Assembly (NCBI RefSeq): GCF_037042905.1
Contig: NC_087252.1
Location: 6,326,001 to 6,390,000, forward strand
DNA: 64,000 bases
Direction of reading: 5' to 3'
Source of the DNA: Lytechinus pictus
Taxonomy: Eukaryota
The notes under the pieces were generated by a model. That model was not told the origin of the DNA, ran no database searches, and saw nothing but the letters and a program-made list of their open reading frames with translations. This document shows, piece after piece, positions 63,502 to 64,000 of this stretch; positions within the stretch are counted from its first letter, which is position 1, and each line of letters opens with the position of its first letter. The translations under genes were made by a program, and so were the position numbers.

Positions 63502-63728
63502 GTAGACTAGAGATGGAATTGAGGCCGGCCTCGAGGCTGAATTTTACAAGCCTTGGCCTCAATTGTTAAGTCACATGTATGGTAGACTGTAGAGATGGAA
63601 TTGAGGCCGGCCTCGAGACCGAACTTTACAAACCTTGGCCTCAGTTGTTGAGTCACATGTATGGTAGACTGCAGAGATGGAATTGAGGCCGGCCTCGAGG
63701 CCAAATTTTACAAGCCTTGGCCTCACTT
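63502..63728 (+). repeat. ~82-bp tandem repeat, about 2.7 units
   Basis: AGAGATGGAATTGAGGCCGGCCTCGAG...TTTACAA.CCTTGGCCTCA occurs three times. Confidence 0.92.
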
Positions 63729-64000
63729 GTCGCGTCCCATGTATGCATTATAGATTCTGTGAGACTGTGTCTCAGAACTCCTATATTCAATACAGATTTT
63801 TGGTTTGAAGTTTTCTCTTTTTCAGTATTGATGTCAAAATCCAGTTTGTACACCAATTATTTTATTTGTTCATTCAATTGAAATATCTATACCCTTATCA
63901 CTGTAGTATTGGAATAGCTGTAATGAATGAATTATTGAATTGGTCGGAGGCTGTCCACCAAAAAGTAGTTCATAGAAACCAATCTAGAGGTACATTTATG

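Overview
AT-rich, intron-containing animal genomic DNA. The repeat families, gene structures and protein sequences look like an invertebrate deuterostome, probably a sea urchin (inference). Four spliced protein-coding genes were reconstructed by hand from GT-AG junctions with consistent phases. (1) A BTG3/BTG4-type gene (minus, 2 coding exons, 12122-13219, 221 aa). (2) HINFP/MIZF histone H4 transcription factor (minus, 10 coding exons, 19335-30744, 695 aa, plus a likely 5' non-coding exon). (3) RABAC1/PRA1 (minus, 5 coding exons, 36962-56530, 204 aa, 16.5-kb first intron, and a candidate alternative last exon). (4) The first three coding exons of TBCEL (plus, from 61779, running off the window). 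The rest is dense transposon sequence: L1/Tx1-like and CR1/L2-like LINE remnants, a tRNA-derived SINE, a Penelope-like element with a minimal hammerhead ribozyme, and many MITEs (Kolobok-, hAT-, Harbinger-, pogo-, piggyBac-, Crypton- and Sola2-like). The most unusual structures lie in RABAC1 intron 1: a Sola2-like element with a ~390-bp-periodic array of palindromes, two near-identical 1.44-kb elements in inverted orientation, and a 531-bp near-perfect foldback. No wholly new biological system can be demonstrated from the sequence alone; the findings are candidates. All family assignments come from motif recognition, not database searches.
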